Source: Octopus vulgaris (lineage: Eukaryota). Taken from it: a stretch of 64,000 nucleotides of DNA. The position numbers were made by a program, and so were the translations under genes. Positions within the stretch are counted from its first letter, which is position 1. Each line of letters opens with the position of its first letter. The stretch covers positions 22,196,001 through 22,260,000 of the forward strand of contig OX597820.1 in NCBI GenBank assembly GCA_951406725.2, written 5' to 3'. Below, piece by piece: positions 1-12,980 of the stretch. The notes below the pieces were generated by a model that saw only the letters and a program-made list of their open reading frames with translations, had not been told where the DNA came from and did not search any database.

Positions 1-15
1 ATATATATATATATA

Positions 16-70
16 TTAGCAGAGATAACCGGCGTTGCTCGTGATTAAAATGGTATTGACTTATTTCCCC
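16..70 (-). mobile_element. Helitron 3'-end remnant
   Basis: Reverse complement reads CGAGCAACGCCGG..CTGCTAA, like the 3' ends at 4295 and 31698. Confidence 0.45.
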
Positions 71-260
71 AGGATTTATTCTTTGTAAGCCTAGTACTTA
101 TTCTAAGTTACGGGGACTTAAACTCAGCAACATCGGTTGTCAAGCAATATTGAGGGTACAAACACAGACACCCACACAAATATACACATATACGACAGTC
201 TTCTTTCAGTTTCCTTGTACGAAATCTACTCAGAAGGCTTTGGTGGGCCTGAGGCTATAG

Positions 261-404
<144 letters not shown>

Positions 405-450
405 TGTATGTATGTATGTATGTATGTATGTATGTATGTATGTATGTATG

Positions 451-482
<32 letters not shown>

Positions 483-692
483 TCATGTACCTTGAACCCA
501 CAAGAATAAACAAGAGACACAGAGAAAGGCAGAAACAAGGAAAATGCCACTTATATTTGAAAAAACTTTTCTTTTAATTTTTCTAAATTTAATTATTTAA
601 TTGTTATAGTTGAAAAGGTCTCAAATGACCGAAACCGGTACTGAAATGTTCTTTATAAAATTATTTTAGCATTTTCTATCTTGACTTGTATT

Positions 693-747
<55 letters not shown>

Positions 748-753
<6 letters not shown>

Positions 754-1518
754 CAAGGCAAAATTGTAAAAAGGCAGAATGCTAAATTAAAAGAAAATTT
801 TAATGAAAATGGGTGTATGGAAAATTTTGAAAAAATTGATAAAATATATATATATTAATTCATACCGGTTTTCGTCACAATGTGACTTTTGAAGAATTGT
901 AAAGAAACATTTTTTTTTAATTTGAGGAGGGGGAAAAAAGAAAATTACATTGTTTTTTGCAAAAAAATAATAATAAATATATACAAAACTTTAAAAATAG
1001 GTACACCGATACATTGTAAAGTCTTTGTGTATCTTGAGTTTAATGATAGTTCACGAAAAAATTACCTTGAAGTATTGAGATCCATGGGATTAAATCCATG
1101 TGTTGTTTAATTTAATTAAGGGTGTCTCTTAATTTGATTTAATTAATTTAATTAAATTAAACAACACATGGATTTAATCCCATGGATCTCAATACTTCAA
1201 GGTAATTTTTTCGTGAACTATCATTAAACTCAAGATACACAAAGACTTTACAATGTATCGGAGTACCTATGTTTTAATTTTTGTATATATTTATTATTAA
1301 TTTTTTGCAAAAAACAATGTAATTTTCTTTTTTCACCCTCCTCAAATTAAAAAAAAAATTTTTCTTTACAATTCTTCAAAAATCACATTGTGACGAAAAC
1401 CGGTATGAATTAATATATATATATTTTATCAATTTTTCAAAATTTTCCATACACCCATTTTCATAAAAATTTTCTTTCAATTTAGCATTCTGCCTTTTTA
1501 CAATTTTTCCTTGCCTAT
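748..1518. repeat. Fold-back palindrome with two ~370-bp inverted arms (probable Penelope-like inverted pLTR structure)
   Basis: 748-1119 is the reverse complement of ~1148-1518, with scattered mismatches and a ~28-bp spacer. Each arm carries a degenerate hammerhead-like motif (GTCAC-ATT-GTGAC-GAAA in arm 1). Flanked by (TA)n. Confidence 0.85.
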
Positions 1519-1536
1519 CATTTCTCCACGTGCGGT

Positions 1537-1607
<71 letters not shown>

Positions 1608-1666
1608 CAGACATACATACATACATACATACATACATACATACATACATACATACATACATACAT

Positions 1667-2097
1667 ACTCTTTTACTTGTTTCAGTCATTTGACTGTAGC
1701 CATGCTGGATCACTGCCTTTAGTCGAGCAAATTGACCCCAGGACTTATTCTTTGTAAGCCTAGACCTTATTCTATTGGTCTCTTTTGCTGAACCGCTAAG
1801 TTACGGGGACGTAAACACACCAACATCAGTTGTCACGCGATGTTGGGGGCACAAACCCAGACACACAAATGTATACACACACACACACGCACATATATAT
1901 ATATGTATATATATACATATATACATATATACGACGGGCTTCTTTCAGTTTCCGTCAACCAAATCCACTCACAAGTCTTTGGTCGGCCCGAGGCTATAGT
2001 AGAAGACACTTGCGCAAGCTGCCACGCAGTGAGACTGAACCCGGAAACATGTGGTTCGTAAGCAACCTACTTAACACACAGCCACTCCTACGCCTAC
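1667..2097 (-). mobile_element. tRNA-derived CORE-type SINE, family A (internal microsatellite, CR1-like tail)
   Basis: Family head GGCGyAGGAGTGGCTGTGTGGTAAG..GGTTCAGTCyC, CORE-like GGCAsCTTGsGCAAGTGTCTT, tail CCAGCATGGCyrCAGTCAAATGACTGAAACAAGTAAAAGAG; many near-identical copies in the window. Confidence 0.85.
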
Positions 2098-2214
2098 GCC
2101 TATGCATACATACACACATACATGCATACATACATACATACATACATACATACATACATACATACATACATACATACATAAATAGCGGCCCTCTCAGATA
2201 TGCCCTTAGCTGCC

Positions 2215-3180
2215 CGGATAGCTACCCTTGCTAGCTACGCAGACGATAAGAAAGTCTCACAGAAAATACAAAAACCTAGCGATGCTGTACGTCTGCAGCA
2301 GAAGTTGAACTCAATTTACAGATGGGCTGAGGACAATAATATGAAATTTAATGCTGGAAAGTTCCATGCCCTACGCAACCAGCACCCAAAACTGAACGTA
2401 GATCCCAGAACCTATATCAGTGCGGGACCTGGGTATCGACATGAGTGATGATACCGCTTTCCAAGTGCACATTACCAAGATGGTGACAAGGTGCAGACGG
2501 CTGGCTGGCTGGATCCTGAGAACCTTCAGAACCAGAGAGAAGGAAACCATCATGGTCCACCGGAGGACATTCGTTCTCAGCCGCCTGGACTACTGTTCTC
2601 TGTTATGGTCACCCCACAGTGTAAAATAAACATCGGGTCTTGAAGTAATGCAGCGAAGCTTCACAAAGAAGATCGTCTCATTGCAACAGCTCAGCTACTG
2701 GGAAAGGCTGAAACAGCTAAAACTATACTCCCTGCAGCGAAGGCGGGAGAGATATGCAGTAACATACACCAGGAAGATCCTGGAAGGGATTGTGCCAAAT
2801 TTTGGTATTGAAAGCTACACAAATGCAAGGACGGGTCAACACTGCACAGTGCCAAAGATCCCAACAATGCCAATGCGCTTCAGGACCAGTTACTACAACA
2901 GCCCGGATTCCAGGAGAGCACAGATTTTTAAAATTCTCCCAAAGAGCCGGAGGGACCTACACAAAGTGGATATTGATGCTTTCATACCAAGACTGGATCT
3001 CTTCCAGTCGAGATTCCCAGATGAACGTACCTCGCGGCAGGAGGCGCAAATGAGGACAGCGTCATCAAACTCCCTTATTCACCAAATGCCACATCTCAGA
3101 GGAAGCTCTCAATAATAACAGTGTAGCAAAACAGTGGTACCCCAGCATGGCCACAGCTTTCAGCTGAAACTTATAAAATG
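2215..3180 (+). mobile_element. 5'-truncated, frameshifted CR1-group LINE (RT C-terminal region plus 3' tail)
   Basis: Fragments SYADDKKV..LQQKLNSIYRWAEDNNMKFNAGKF, RDLGIDM..ILRTF..SRLDYCSLLWSP, QRSFTKKI..SYWERLKQLKLYSLQRRRERY..SNSLIHQ. Confidence 0.85.
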
Positions 3181-3195
3181 AGAAAAACAAATGCG

Positions 3196-3294
<99 letters not shown>

Positions 3295-3723
3295 TTATAT
3301 ATATACATGTATATACATATATATATATACATGTATATATATATGTATATTTATATATATATACAAATGTATATATTTACATGTATATGCAAGTATATAT
3401 ATATGTACATATATACATGTATATAACTCTGTTGAAGCTCCGCGTTCTAGTTCGAATGTCCTATGAAGATGAATATTATTTTTGAAATTCTATGTAGTTA
3501 GTGAATGCCGTCGGAAGCGGAAACGGCTGTAAGAATTGTTATGTCACATAAATGTTATGTCATGTTTTGTATTAAATAATTAGCTTTAGATGTGGTCCAA
3601 TTGATTTGTTTGTTGATCTGATTCTTTCTCTATTTTCTGATTATTTACGTATGTATATATACATATATATAGATACAGATATATATATATATGTATATAT
3701 ATGTATATGTATATATATATATA

Positions 3724-4134
3724 CAGGAGTGGCTGTGTGGTAAGTAGCTTGCTAACCAACCACATGGTTCCTGGTTCAGTCCCACTGCGTGGCACCTTGG
3801 GCAAGTGTCTTCTGCTATAGCCCCGGGCCGACCAATGCCTTGTGAGTGGATTTGGTAAACAGAAACTGAAAGAAGGCTGTCGTATATATGTATATATATA
3901 TAAGTGTGTGTGTATATGTTTGTGTGTCTGTGTTTGTCCCCCTAGCATTGATTGACAACCGATGCTAGTGTGTTTACGTCCCCGTCACTTAGCGGTTCGG
4001 CAAAAGAGACCGATAGAATAAGTACTGGGCTTACAAAGAATAAGTCCCGGGGTCGATTTGCTCGACTAAAGGCGGTGCTACAGCATGGCCGCAGTCAAAT
4101 GACTGAAACAAGTAAAAGAGTAAAGAGTAAAGAG
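3724..4134 (+). mobile_element. SINE family A, near full length
   Basis: Same head/CORE/tail as 1667-2097; (GAGTAAA)n tail. Confidence 0.85.
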
Positions 4135-4234
<100 letters not shown>

Positions 4235-4239
4235 TATGC

Positions 4240-4271
<32 letters not shown>

Positions 4272-4294
4272 GTATATATACATATATATACATA

Positions 4295-5140
4295 CTAGCA
4301 GAATTGCCCGGCGTTGCTCGGGGCTGAATTGCTTGAAAGTACTGTTAATGATTGCACTGAATTATGATGATTATTCAGGCAAATATTGAAATAAGCTTAC
4401 GGTGGGAGATAAGGACTTAACGCCAAACGTGTGCCATTGCATTGTTTTGGGGGAACCAAATTTCTGATGAGCATTATAGGGGCACTAACTTTAAGTTTGA
4501 GAAAGTGTGGTGGTAGTCCGGGGTGCTCAAAGGAATTGAGTACCTCTATTGGATAGTTGATGACGTCCTCTGGGTCAGGAGTTGTATCGATAGACTGATA
4601 TACATCGACTTCCCCAGGAATGAGTTTTAGCATTTCATCATTAATATGGTGAACAGTTTTATTCCTCGGGGCCAGTATAGCCTTTTTGCCAATCCAATCC
4701 ATATTCTGATAATTAGCTTGTAAATCTGGGAACACTGCATCTCTGAGATCAGAAGGCGTCTTAACAATGGTACAAATGGAATCGATGGCAATATTACCAT
4801 TTTCATCCCCCGGTATTTTGCCTTCGCCAAGTGCAAGGAGAGTGTGAGGAAATGCTGGTGATGTGATATTACGTCGCATATGAGCACGCATATTGGTGTG
4901 AAGTTTGAGAGTTACTTCCGTTTATTTTTTAAAATATGCATTAAAATGGAAAAAAATGATGGTAAATTATTTGTAAAATCATAGACTCATCGTAGACGCG
5001 CGCTAATACCCAGAAGGGCTCGATATGAATCACGACTATAAGATACCCGGTTTTGGTTAAACTGCATCGCAAAATGTGGGAGTAGTTAGGAATCTAAATC
5101 GGAGTAGACAGACACACAACCTTTCTTTTATATATAAATA
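4295..5140 (-). mobile_element. Internally deleted Helitron retaining both termini and a PIF1-family helicase fragment
   Basis: ORF 4397-4891 has Helitron helicase motifs (KAILAPRN..INDEML..PG..YQSIDT..YPIEVLNS..PGLPPHFLKLKVSAPIMLIRNL..CNGTRL). 3' hairpin CCCGAGCAACGCCGGG plus CTAG|T. The 5' ~220 bp match the element at 31324. Confidence 0.85.
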
Positions 5141-5204
5141 CATACATACACACACACATACATACACACACACACACATACATGCATACATACATATACA
5201 CATA

Positions 5205-5793
5205 AACCGAGTGAAAAATTTCAGTTATCTCTCTCTTTCACACATTACTCTCTCTGTCTCTTCACACACACTAACAGAAGCACTTCACTTACACAACATA
5301 CTGTCTGTCTCCCACACTCCATCAAACACACACACACACACACACATGTACATCAATGAGTCCCATGCACGGTAACTTCAAAGGAACTTCCCTCGTCATA
5401 CAATCGCTTTCTCTTAGTCTCTTTCGCTCTCATTACTTATGTAAAAAAATAAAAGTTTTTTCTATGTGTGTAAATAGGAAGTAGGAGGCAGAGTGAAAGA
5501 ATCACTCACTACAGTAAGTGAATTACTTTCATTTTATTCCTTGCCCACTGTGTGTGTGCGTTTGCGTGTGGTGTAAACCAGACTAAGAAAAGCATTTGAC
5601 ACACACACCAGAATGTGAGTTTTCTGTAAATTTTGCTTAATTGGAGTTTAAATTTTAAAAACTGGACCTGGCATGACGCGATGCATTGTACTCTCAAAAC
5701 TGCTAGGTAAATTGTAATTGAAGAAATCCTATATTGTAGATTTGTATAACTCCCAAAGGGAGGCAGATAAAATCTGCCTTTTATAATAAGAGA
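5205..5793 (-). mobile_element. Possible Helitron-like non-autonomous element (5' part)
   Basis: Minus strand begins TCTCTTATTATAAAAGGCAG with an adjacent palindrome AGGCAGATAAAATCTGCCT; no 3' CTRR end identified. Confidence 0.3.
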
Positions 5794-6310
5794 TAAATTT
5801 ATATATATACATGTATATATATACATATAGATTTATACATATACATCTATACATATATATGTATACATACATATCTATGCATATACATCTATATATATAT
5901 ACAAACATATATATGTACTGATATATACACACACACACATATATATATATATATACTTGCAGAGATACGCAGCCTTGCTTGAGATTAAAATAGCAAAGAA
6001 TTTTTTTTTTAGTTAGCACTGGTCTATCAGAAGACATGAGAAAGGCCGAGAAGGTGAAAGCAAAAACTGGAGTGAGAGAATGCGGAACGGGAAAAAAAAA
6101 CCAGAAGGTGGAATGGTAAGAAGGAAAAGAAAGGGAAAAAAGAAAACAAGAAAAGGGAAACAATAAAAACAAGAGCTGCATACCCTTCATCTGACAAATT
6201 CAGAATTAAAATGGAAGGTCTTCGAAAAAAGAAGTAACGTAGCAAGTGTAAAATGATTCAACGGAGAGAATGTCAAAGTCCTCCAATCTAACAAAAACAA
6301 CTTGTCTGTA

Positions 6311-6533
6311 TACTCTTACACTTTACTCTTTTACTTGTTTCAGTCATTTGACTGCGGCCATGCTGGAGCACCGCCTTTAGTCGAGCAAATCGACCCCAGG
6401 ACTAATTCTTTGTAAGCCTAGTACTTGTTCTATCGGTCTCTCTTGCCGAACCGCTAAGTTACGGGGACGTAAACACACCAGCATCGGTCGTCAAGCGATG
6501 TTGGGGAGACAAACACAGACACTGACACACACA

Positions 6534-6617
<84 letters not shown>

Positions 6618-6795
6618 CATATACATATATACGACGGGCTTCTTTCAGTTTCCGTCTACCAAATCCACTCACAAGGCTTTTGTCGGCCCGAGACTATAGT
6701 AGAATACACTTGACCAAGGTGCCACGCAGTTGGACTGAACCCGGAACCATGTGGTCGGTAAGCAAGCTACTTACCACACAGTTACTCCTGCGCCT
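6311..6795 (-). mobile_element. SINE family A
   Basis: Full head-to-tail match; internal (CA)n/(TA)n. Confidence 0.85.
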
Positions 6796-7044
6796 CTAAA
6801 AGTTTTGGATCTGCAATTAAGCAGTGCCGTGGGGCTCTTGGGTTTATGTTGTGGTTCCGTAATAATTAACTTAAGTTATATTGCTTTAAAGTTAAATAGG
6901 GTATTTATTAGAACAGCTGTATTGATAAGTTTTCTTATTTACTGTACTACGTAACAAACGTCTCGAGCTTTTTTTTTTTTTTTAGTGATCTTACGATAAC
7001 ATTTATATATTAAGGGAAATTTAAATCATGCAATATTCCTGATC

Positions 7045-7990
7045 ACGCTATTTAATTTCCTCTTTTTTATTCGGTTAATTTGATATTCATACCTGTCAAA
7101 TACGGCTTGTACTCTCTGCCAATGTTTTTTTTGTTTTTTTTGCAGTACTATCAGCCGTCACGCAGAAGCGAGTAAGGCTTAGTAATATGAACGATTTAAT
7201 TGCCTAAGTAGTTGCAAGCAGACACGTTTTCAGCCTTTGCACCTTTGACCCAGTGGCATATCCAGAATCTGATAGCTGGAAGGAGGGGGAGCTGGCCGCA
7301 CCTGCACACAGGTAGCTCTCAATAACAGCCACGTTATTTAATTTCCTCTTTTTTTCCCGTTAATTTGATATTCATACCTGTCAAATACGGCTTGTACTCT
7401 CTGCAGTACTATCGGCCGTGGAGGCGCAATGGCCCAGTGGTTAGGGCAGCGGACTCGCGGTCATAGGATCGCAGTTTCGATTCCCAGACCGGGCGTTGTG
7501 AGTGTTTATTGAGCGAAAACACCTAAAGCTCCACGAAGCTCCGGCAGGGGATGGTGGTGATCCCTGCTGTACTCTTTCACCACAACTTTCTCTCACTCTT
7601 ACTTCCTGTTTCTGTTGTACCTGTATTTCAAAGGGCCGGCCTTGTCACTCTCTGTGTCACGCTGAATATCTCCGAGAACTACGTTAAGGGTACACGTGTC
7701 TGTGGAGTGCTCAGCCACTTACACGTTAATTTCACGAGCAGGCTGTTCCGTTGATTCGGATCAACCGGAACCCTCGTCGTCGTAACCGACGGAATGCTTC
7801 CCCCCACACTATCGGCCGTCACGCAGAAGCGAGTAGGGCTTAGTAATATGAACGATTTAATTGCCTAAGTGGTTGCAAGCAGATACGCTGTCACCTTTTG
7901 CGCCTTTGACCCAGCGGCATATCCAGGATGTGATAGCAGGAAGGAGAAAGAGCTGGCCGCACCTGCACACAGGTAGCTCTCAATAACAGC
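7045..7990. repeat. ~285-bp tandem duplication; second copy interrupted by a SINE
   Basis: 7045-7330 is repeated at 7331-7419 plus 7808-7990. Confidence 0.8.
7418..7801 (+). mobile_element. tRNA(Arg)-like SINE family C with RTE-like tail, 12-bp TSD ACTATCGGCCGT
   Basis: A-box TGGCCCAGTGG, anticodon-like TCG, B-box GTTTCGATTCC; TSD at 7408-7419 (overlapping the first 2 nt) and 7808-7819. Confidence 0.88.
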
Positions 7991-8106
7991 TGAATAGATG
8001 GGAGTAATTTGAAATGAATTTCATTGCTCAAGGGTACATCGCGCTGCCCGGTCCCGATATTGAACGCACGACCTTGTGATCGTAAAGCGAACACTCTAAC
8101 CACCTA
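7990..8106 (-). mobile_element. Old tRNA-derived CORE-like SINE head
   Basis: GGTGGTTAGAGTG..GTTCAATATC..CCTTGAGCAA. Confidence 0.5.
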
Positions 8107-8546
8107 GTCTTGATATCGTTTTATTACTGTTCGATTTGAATTTGTCTCTGGTCACTGAATATTGATTTTAATTGATCAGCATTGAGTGGGCCATAAACTA
8201 TGTATCTAAAACATTATTTGCCACGACAGAGGAAAATATTTGTACGTTATTGATTCATACGATAAAATTATATTTAAACGCAATAAATTTCAAAGTTCGT
8301 ATCCGTGTATGTGTGTCGGAAAGCGAGGGAGGAAGAGAGGGGGTGACAATGGTGGGGGGAGACAGACAGACAGAGAGTTAGAAAGCGAGGGAGAAAAAGG
8401 AAGTAAAAAATAGGAGAGAAAGATAGAGCTTTAAATTTATTTGATTTTACCTTTTTAAATAAGGTTTTCAGGCTTTGTTTTGTTTCGTTTTTCATTGGGT
8501 TTTTTCAATGAAAAGAACCCAATGTCATTAGCTCGGCGTTCCCTGT

Positions 8547-8961
8547 CTGTGTGGTAAGTAGCTTGCTTACCAACCACATGGTTCCAGGTTCAGTCCCACT
8601 GCGTGGCACCTTGGGCAAGTGTCTTCTATTATAGCCTCGGGCCGACCAAAGCCTTGTGAGTGGATTTGGTAGACGAAACTGAAAGAAGCCCGTCGTATAT
8701 ATGTGTGTGTATGTGTGTGTATGTGTGTGTATGCGTGTGTGTGTGTGAGTATGTTTGTGTGTCTCTGTGTTTGTCCCCCCAACATCGCTTGACAACCGAT
8801 GCTGGTGTGTTTACGTCCCCGTAACTTAGCGGCTCGGCAAAAGAGACCAATAGAATAAGTACTAGGCTTACAGAGAATAAGTCCTGGGGTCGATTTGCTC
8901 GACTAAAGGCGGTGCTCCAGCATGGCCACAGTCAAATGACTGAAACAAGTAAAAGAGTAAA
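8547..8961 (+). mobile_element. SINE family A (slightly 5'-truncated)
   Basis: Match to family A consensus. Confidence 0.85.
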
Positions 8962-9277
8962 CGTTTTGTTCTTGAAATATGTTCCATGTCTCAAGGATGC
9001 TTTGCATAAAAATTATTTCATATCTTCATTTTTAACTTCTTTCAGTTTTTGGACTGCGGCCATACTGGGGCACCGCATTGGAGAGTTTAGTCGAACAAGT
9101 CGACCCCAGTTCTTATTTTTAAGTCTGATACTTATTCTACTAGTCACTTTTTGCTGAACCGCTATGTCACGGGGACGTAAACGAAGCAAGCGAAGTTTGG
9201 GGAACACAAACACACACATACAAGTATCTATATGTATATCTATATATCTATATGTATATGTATATTATAAATGTATA

Positions 9278-9351
<74 letters not shown>

Positions 9352-9394
9352 ATGTATGTATATGCTCATAAGTGTGTGTGTGTGTGCGTAGTCA

Positions 9395-9580
9395 TTAAAA
9401 AACACAGAGAAAAGAAAAAGAAAAAACAAAGGAACGTATAGGCGTAGCACAAGCAATGTATTAATAAGACGCTCTGAGAAAGACAAGAGTAGTAGTTTTA
9501 CGTTTCGAGCATAGCTTTTCTTCGGAAACAGGGAAAACAGGAAAGTCCAAGACGAAGGAGAGATAAAAATCGCCAACAAT
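9395..9580 (-). repeat. Short hammerhead-motif-bearing repeat (Penelope pLTR/retrozyme-like)
   Basis: Homologous to 63580-63770; CCGAAGA-AAAGC-TAT-GCTC-GAAACGTA at 9499-9525. Confidence 0.55.
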
Positions 9581-10599
9581 CATGTTTTTGAAGCGATACA
9601 CACACATACACACACATACACACACATACACACACATACACAAACACATGCACACACATACACACACACACTCACACATACATACACATAAGACGGGTTC
9701 TTTCAGATTCCGTCTATCAGATTCATTCGCAAGGCTTTGATCGATCCGGGGGCTATAATGGACATTTTCTCAAAGTGTCACGCAATAGAACTGAATCTAA
9801 GGCCATATGGTCGGAAAGGTCGATAGACTCATATGGCACTATGTACTTGTTCTTGTGATGTTCAAAGTGCTTAATTCTTACCTGTAATCACCTGATGAAA
9901 ACAGTATTTTTTTTTTTTGCAAGATGTTACACTTCTGTTCATCAATATAAAAAATCACTTCAGAAATAGCTGCAATGAACTACAATGCATCTTTTGCCAT
10001 TTGTCTATCCTTCATCTAACTCGAAACCTGCAATCCGTTTGGATCTAGGGTCGATAGACGATGGTACAATAGGTGCAGCAAGTGTACCCATGCGTGACAT
10101 CGATGATTTGTTATGTACTCAGTCGACCATTTGTGAATGCATACGTAACCGGAGTACAAATCCGGGTTTACTTTAGTAACTACGAATTTGTTTGAATATC
10201 GTTTGTATACCAAAAAAATTATATATATATACACATGAGTGGGTGGAGATGTATTGTCTATTTTCAGTGTAACCGACTTTGGCCAGAGCAGTGACTATAA
10301 TAGAAGGCGTTATGTAATAACATTTTTATTAGCAGATAGTTTAATGATTTAGTATGAGACACACTAGATTTGTTGGCTACATATGGAGGATTAGAATTAC
10401 AGCCAATGTAGTGTAGATTCTAGACGTAGTGTAGATTCTCTGGAGGTTTATGATAAGTTTGGCATAGACCTGGGCTTAGATCTTGCTATACATCTAGAAA
10501 AATCGAGGTTTTAGAGTTAACACCCAACGAAATATGTCTCAAATTTTTAAAGAATTTAATAAGTTTCTTCCTATATCTAACTCTACGCCGAAGACAGGT

Positions 10600-10752
10600 G
10601 GTGTAGACAACAAACAGATGTAATAGTATAACACTCGGGAAGTGAAAAAGTCTTTAACGTTTCGAGCCTACGCTCTTCCACAGAAAGGAACACAGAAAGA
10701 AACAAGGAGAGAAAATAAAGAATGTGTAGTGGCTTGCGATCTATCATGGCCA
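10600..10752 (-). repeat. Short hammerhead-motif-bearing repeat
   Basis: CTGTGGA-A-GAGC-GTAG-GCTC-GAAACGTTA at 10655-10683; next to (TACA)n. Confidence 0.5.
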
Positions 10753-10842
10753 TATACATACATACATACATACATACATACATACATACATACATACATA
10801 CATACATACATACATACATACATACATACATACATACATACA

Positions 10843-10879
<37 letters not shown>

Positions 10880-11273
10880 AGAGAGAGAGAGAGAAATGGT
10901 AAATGAGAGACGGAAGATGGAATATATGGGAATTTATTATTAATAACGACAATTGTTTCGACACATCCAGAATCGATACCTCATGGGTAGGACAGATGTG
11001 CCTCATCGTGTGACAAACTCGTTAAACTAACAGTTCCGCAATGTATCTTCTCATTTTGAAGAAAGAAAAGCAGCAAAACGAAGTAAATATCTTCATTTAC
11101 ATAGAAGATCAAAAATATAATCACAGATGCAAAATTGAAATGAACACGCAATACAGCAAGAAAAGTATTTATATATATATATATATGGCCGTTTTAGCAA
11201 CATTATACTCCCCAGGGCAAATGAACGAACTAGGCTCTGTGGTATTTACCTATTGATAACAAGCCACAACATA

Positions 11274-11769
11274 CCGTAAATCCTCAAATATAGTCCGCCC
11301 TTGAGTATAATACGTAGGGGATTTTTAGGGGGCTGTACTTCTGAAAAACCTAAACCTTGTGTATAATTCGCACCCCTTCTCTAACTTGAGTCGTGCGTAA
11401 TTAAGCCAGCAGCACCCAGAATAATGGTGGTGTTTTCTTAACTGTTATATGGGAATGTAAATATGTTTGCAAATTGATTTTTTTTTTACATGTTATTCTG
11501 TGTTCTGAATACTTTTATTTTAATAAATGTTGCTTACTGCAAGTTATGGATGATTATTTTATGACTTCATTGCTTTCAGGCTTAGCTTAAGGTATTTTCG
11601 CACCCAACATCACAAAATGCATCTAAATAAATATTGCCGGACAGCAAATATAGAGTCGGACCTTGCTGAGAAAATATTTTTCATTTTTAACCTCGTATAT
11701 AGTACGCACTAGGGATTTTGATCTTTAAATTTTGGGGAAAAAATGCGGATTATACTCGAAGATTTACGG
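11274..11769 (+). mobile_element. pogo/Tc2-like (Tc1/mariner superfamily) MITE
   Basis: TIRs CCGTAAATCCTC..GAAGATTTACGG after a TA; sub-terminal repeats GTATAATwCGyA; second copy inverted at 56662-57171. Confidence 0.75.
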
Positions 11770-12281
11770 TGGATGGATTAGAATTGGGGCCCGAAAACCT
11801 TGAGACCTGTAGGCGACAGCGTAGGGTACTTATGTCTTAAGAGAGTAGTGTATATATATACGTTAGCTGTATCAGATACTTTATGTGCGTGTGTGTGGTA
11901 AAATGTAGTTTTCGTTTTGCTTTTTTTTTTTCTAAACATACATAAATATTGTGAATTCATCCCCTCACCACCACCTCCAAATCTTCTCTTACCCCACTCT
12001 AAACCCTCTCTTAAGCCTCCCTTGTTATTTACAAATCGAACGTTATCGTTTCAAATAAACATACAAAGCATAAACCCTGTTAGAAACCAACCAATCAATT
12101 GCTATTTACGATATGAATTCGTTCAATGAAAAACGAGAATTTTCTTTACTTTATCTTTCTCTTTCACAGCTGAACTATACACATCCGGTTTCGTATGTTG
12201 TCTTTTTTTCTTTCACTGCATTTAAACATACGTTTATTTAGTTGAACAAGATTATTTTTATTCATTTTATCATTACCATTA

Positions 12282-12327
<46 letters not shown>

Positions 12328-12344
12328 CATTATTATTATTATTA

Positions 12345-12394
<50 letters not shown>

Positions 12395-12418
12395 CATTAT
12401 TATTATTATTATTATTAA

Positions 12419-12450
<32 letters not shown>

Positions 12451-12604
12451 TGCTTATCAACTCGCGACTGATTACATTAAACTGTCAGAAGACAGTTATC
12501 TATCAAAGCTTACATGAGCTGATAAGATTATGTAAATCAAAGGAATTATTGTCAATAGCAGTTAAAGATCTATGCTGTCGCTACTGCTGTTGCTGTTGTT
12601 GTTG

Positions 12605-12980
12605 TTGAGCGAAGTGGTCTTCATTCCAGAGCTCACAAGATCGCGCCTCTGTAGTGGGAGAAGTCCGAAACGTGGTCCTTTGCTATTCGTAAGATCCGCA
12701 GAAGAGAAAGCAGGTCAACCCCCTGACACCGAGAGCATCGGCGGATGGATGAATGCGCATCCAGGCTCAGCGGTTGCGTAGGAAGGAAGTCGGGGACAAG
12801 AATCAGGAAGAAAGAGTGAGAGAAAGTTGGGGCGAAAGAATACAACAGGGGTCGCCACCACCCCCTGCCGGAACTTCGTGGAGCTTTAGGTGTTTTCGCT
12901 CAATAAATACACACAACGCCCGGTCTGGGAATCGAAACCGCGAGACCGCTGCCCTAACCATTGGGTCATGGCGCCTCCAC
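12605..12980 (-). mobile_element. SINE family C head with alternative tail 2 ending in (CAA)n
   Basis: Head and first ~170 bp match 7418; the distinct 3' half ends GAAGACCACTTCGCTCAACAACAAC. Confidence 0.8.

Noticed and set aside
7418-7495. tRNA genes
   Set aside because: The tRNA-like sequences are SINE heads: no complete acceptor stem, and they continue into repeat bodies with TSDs.
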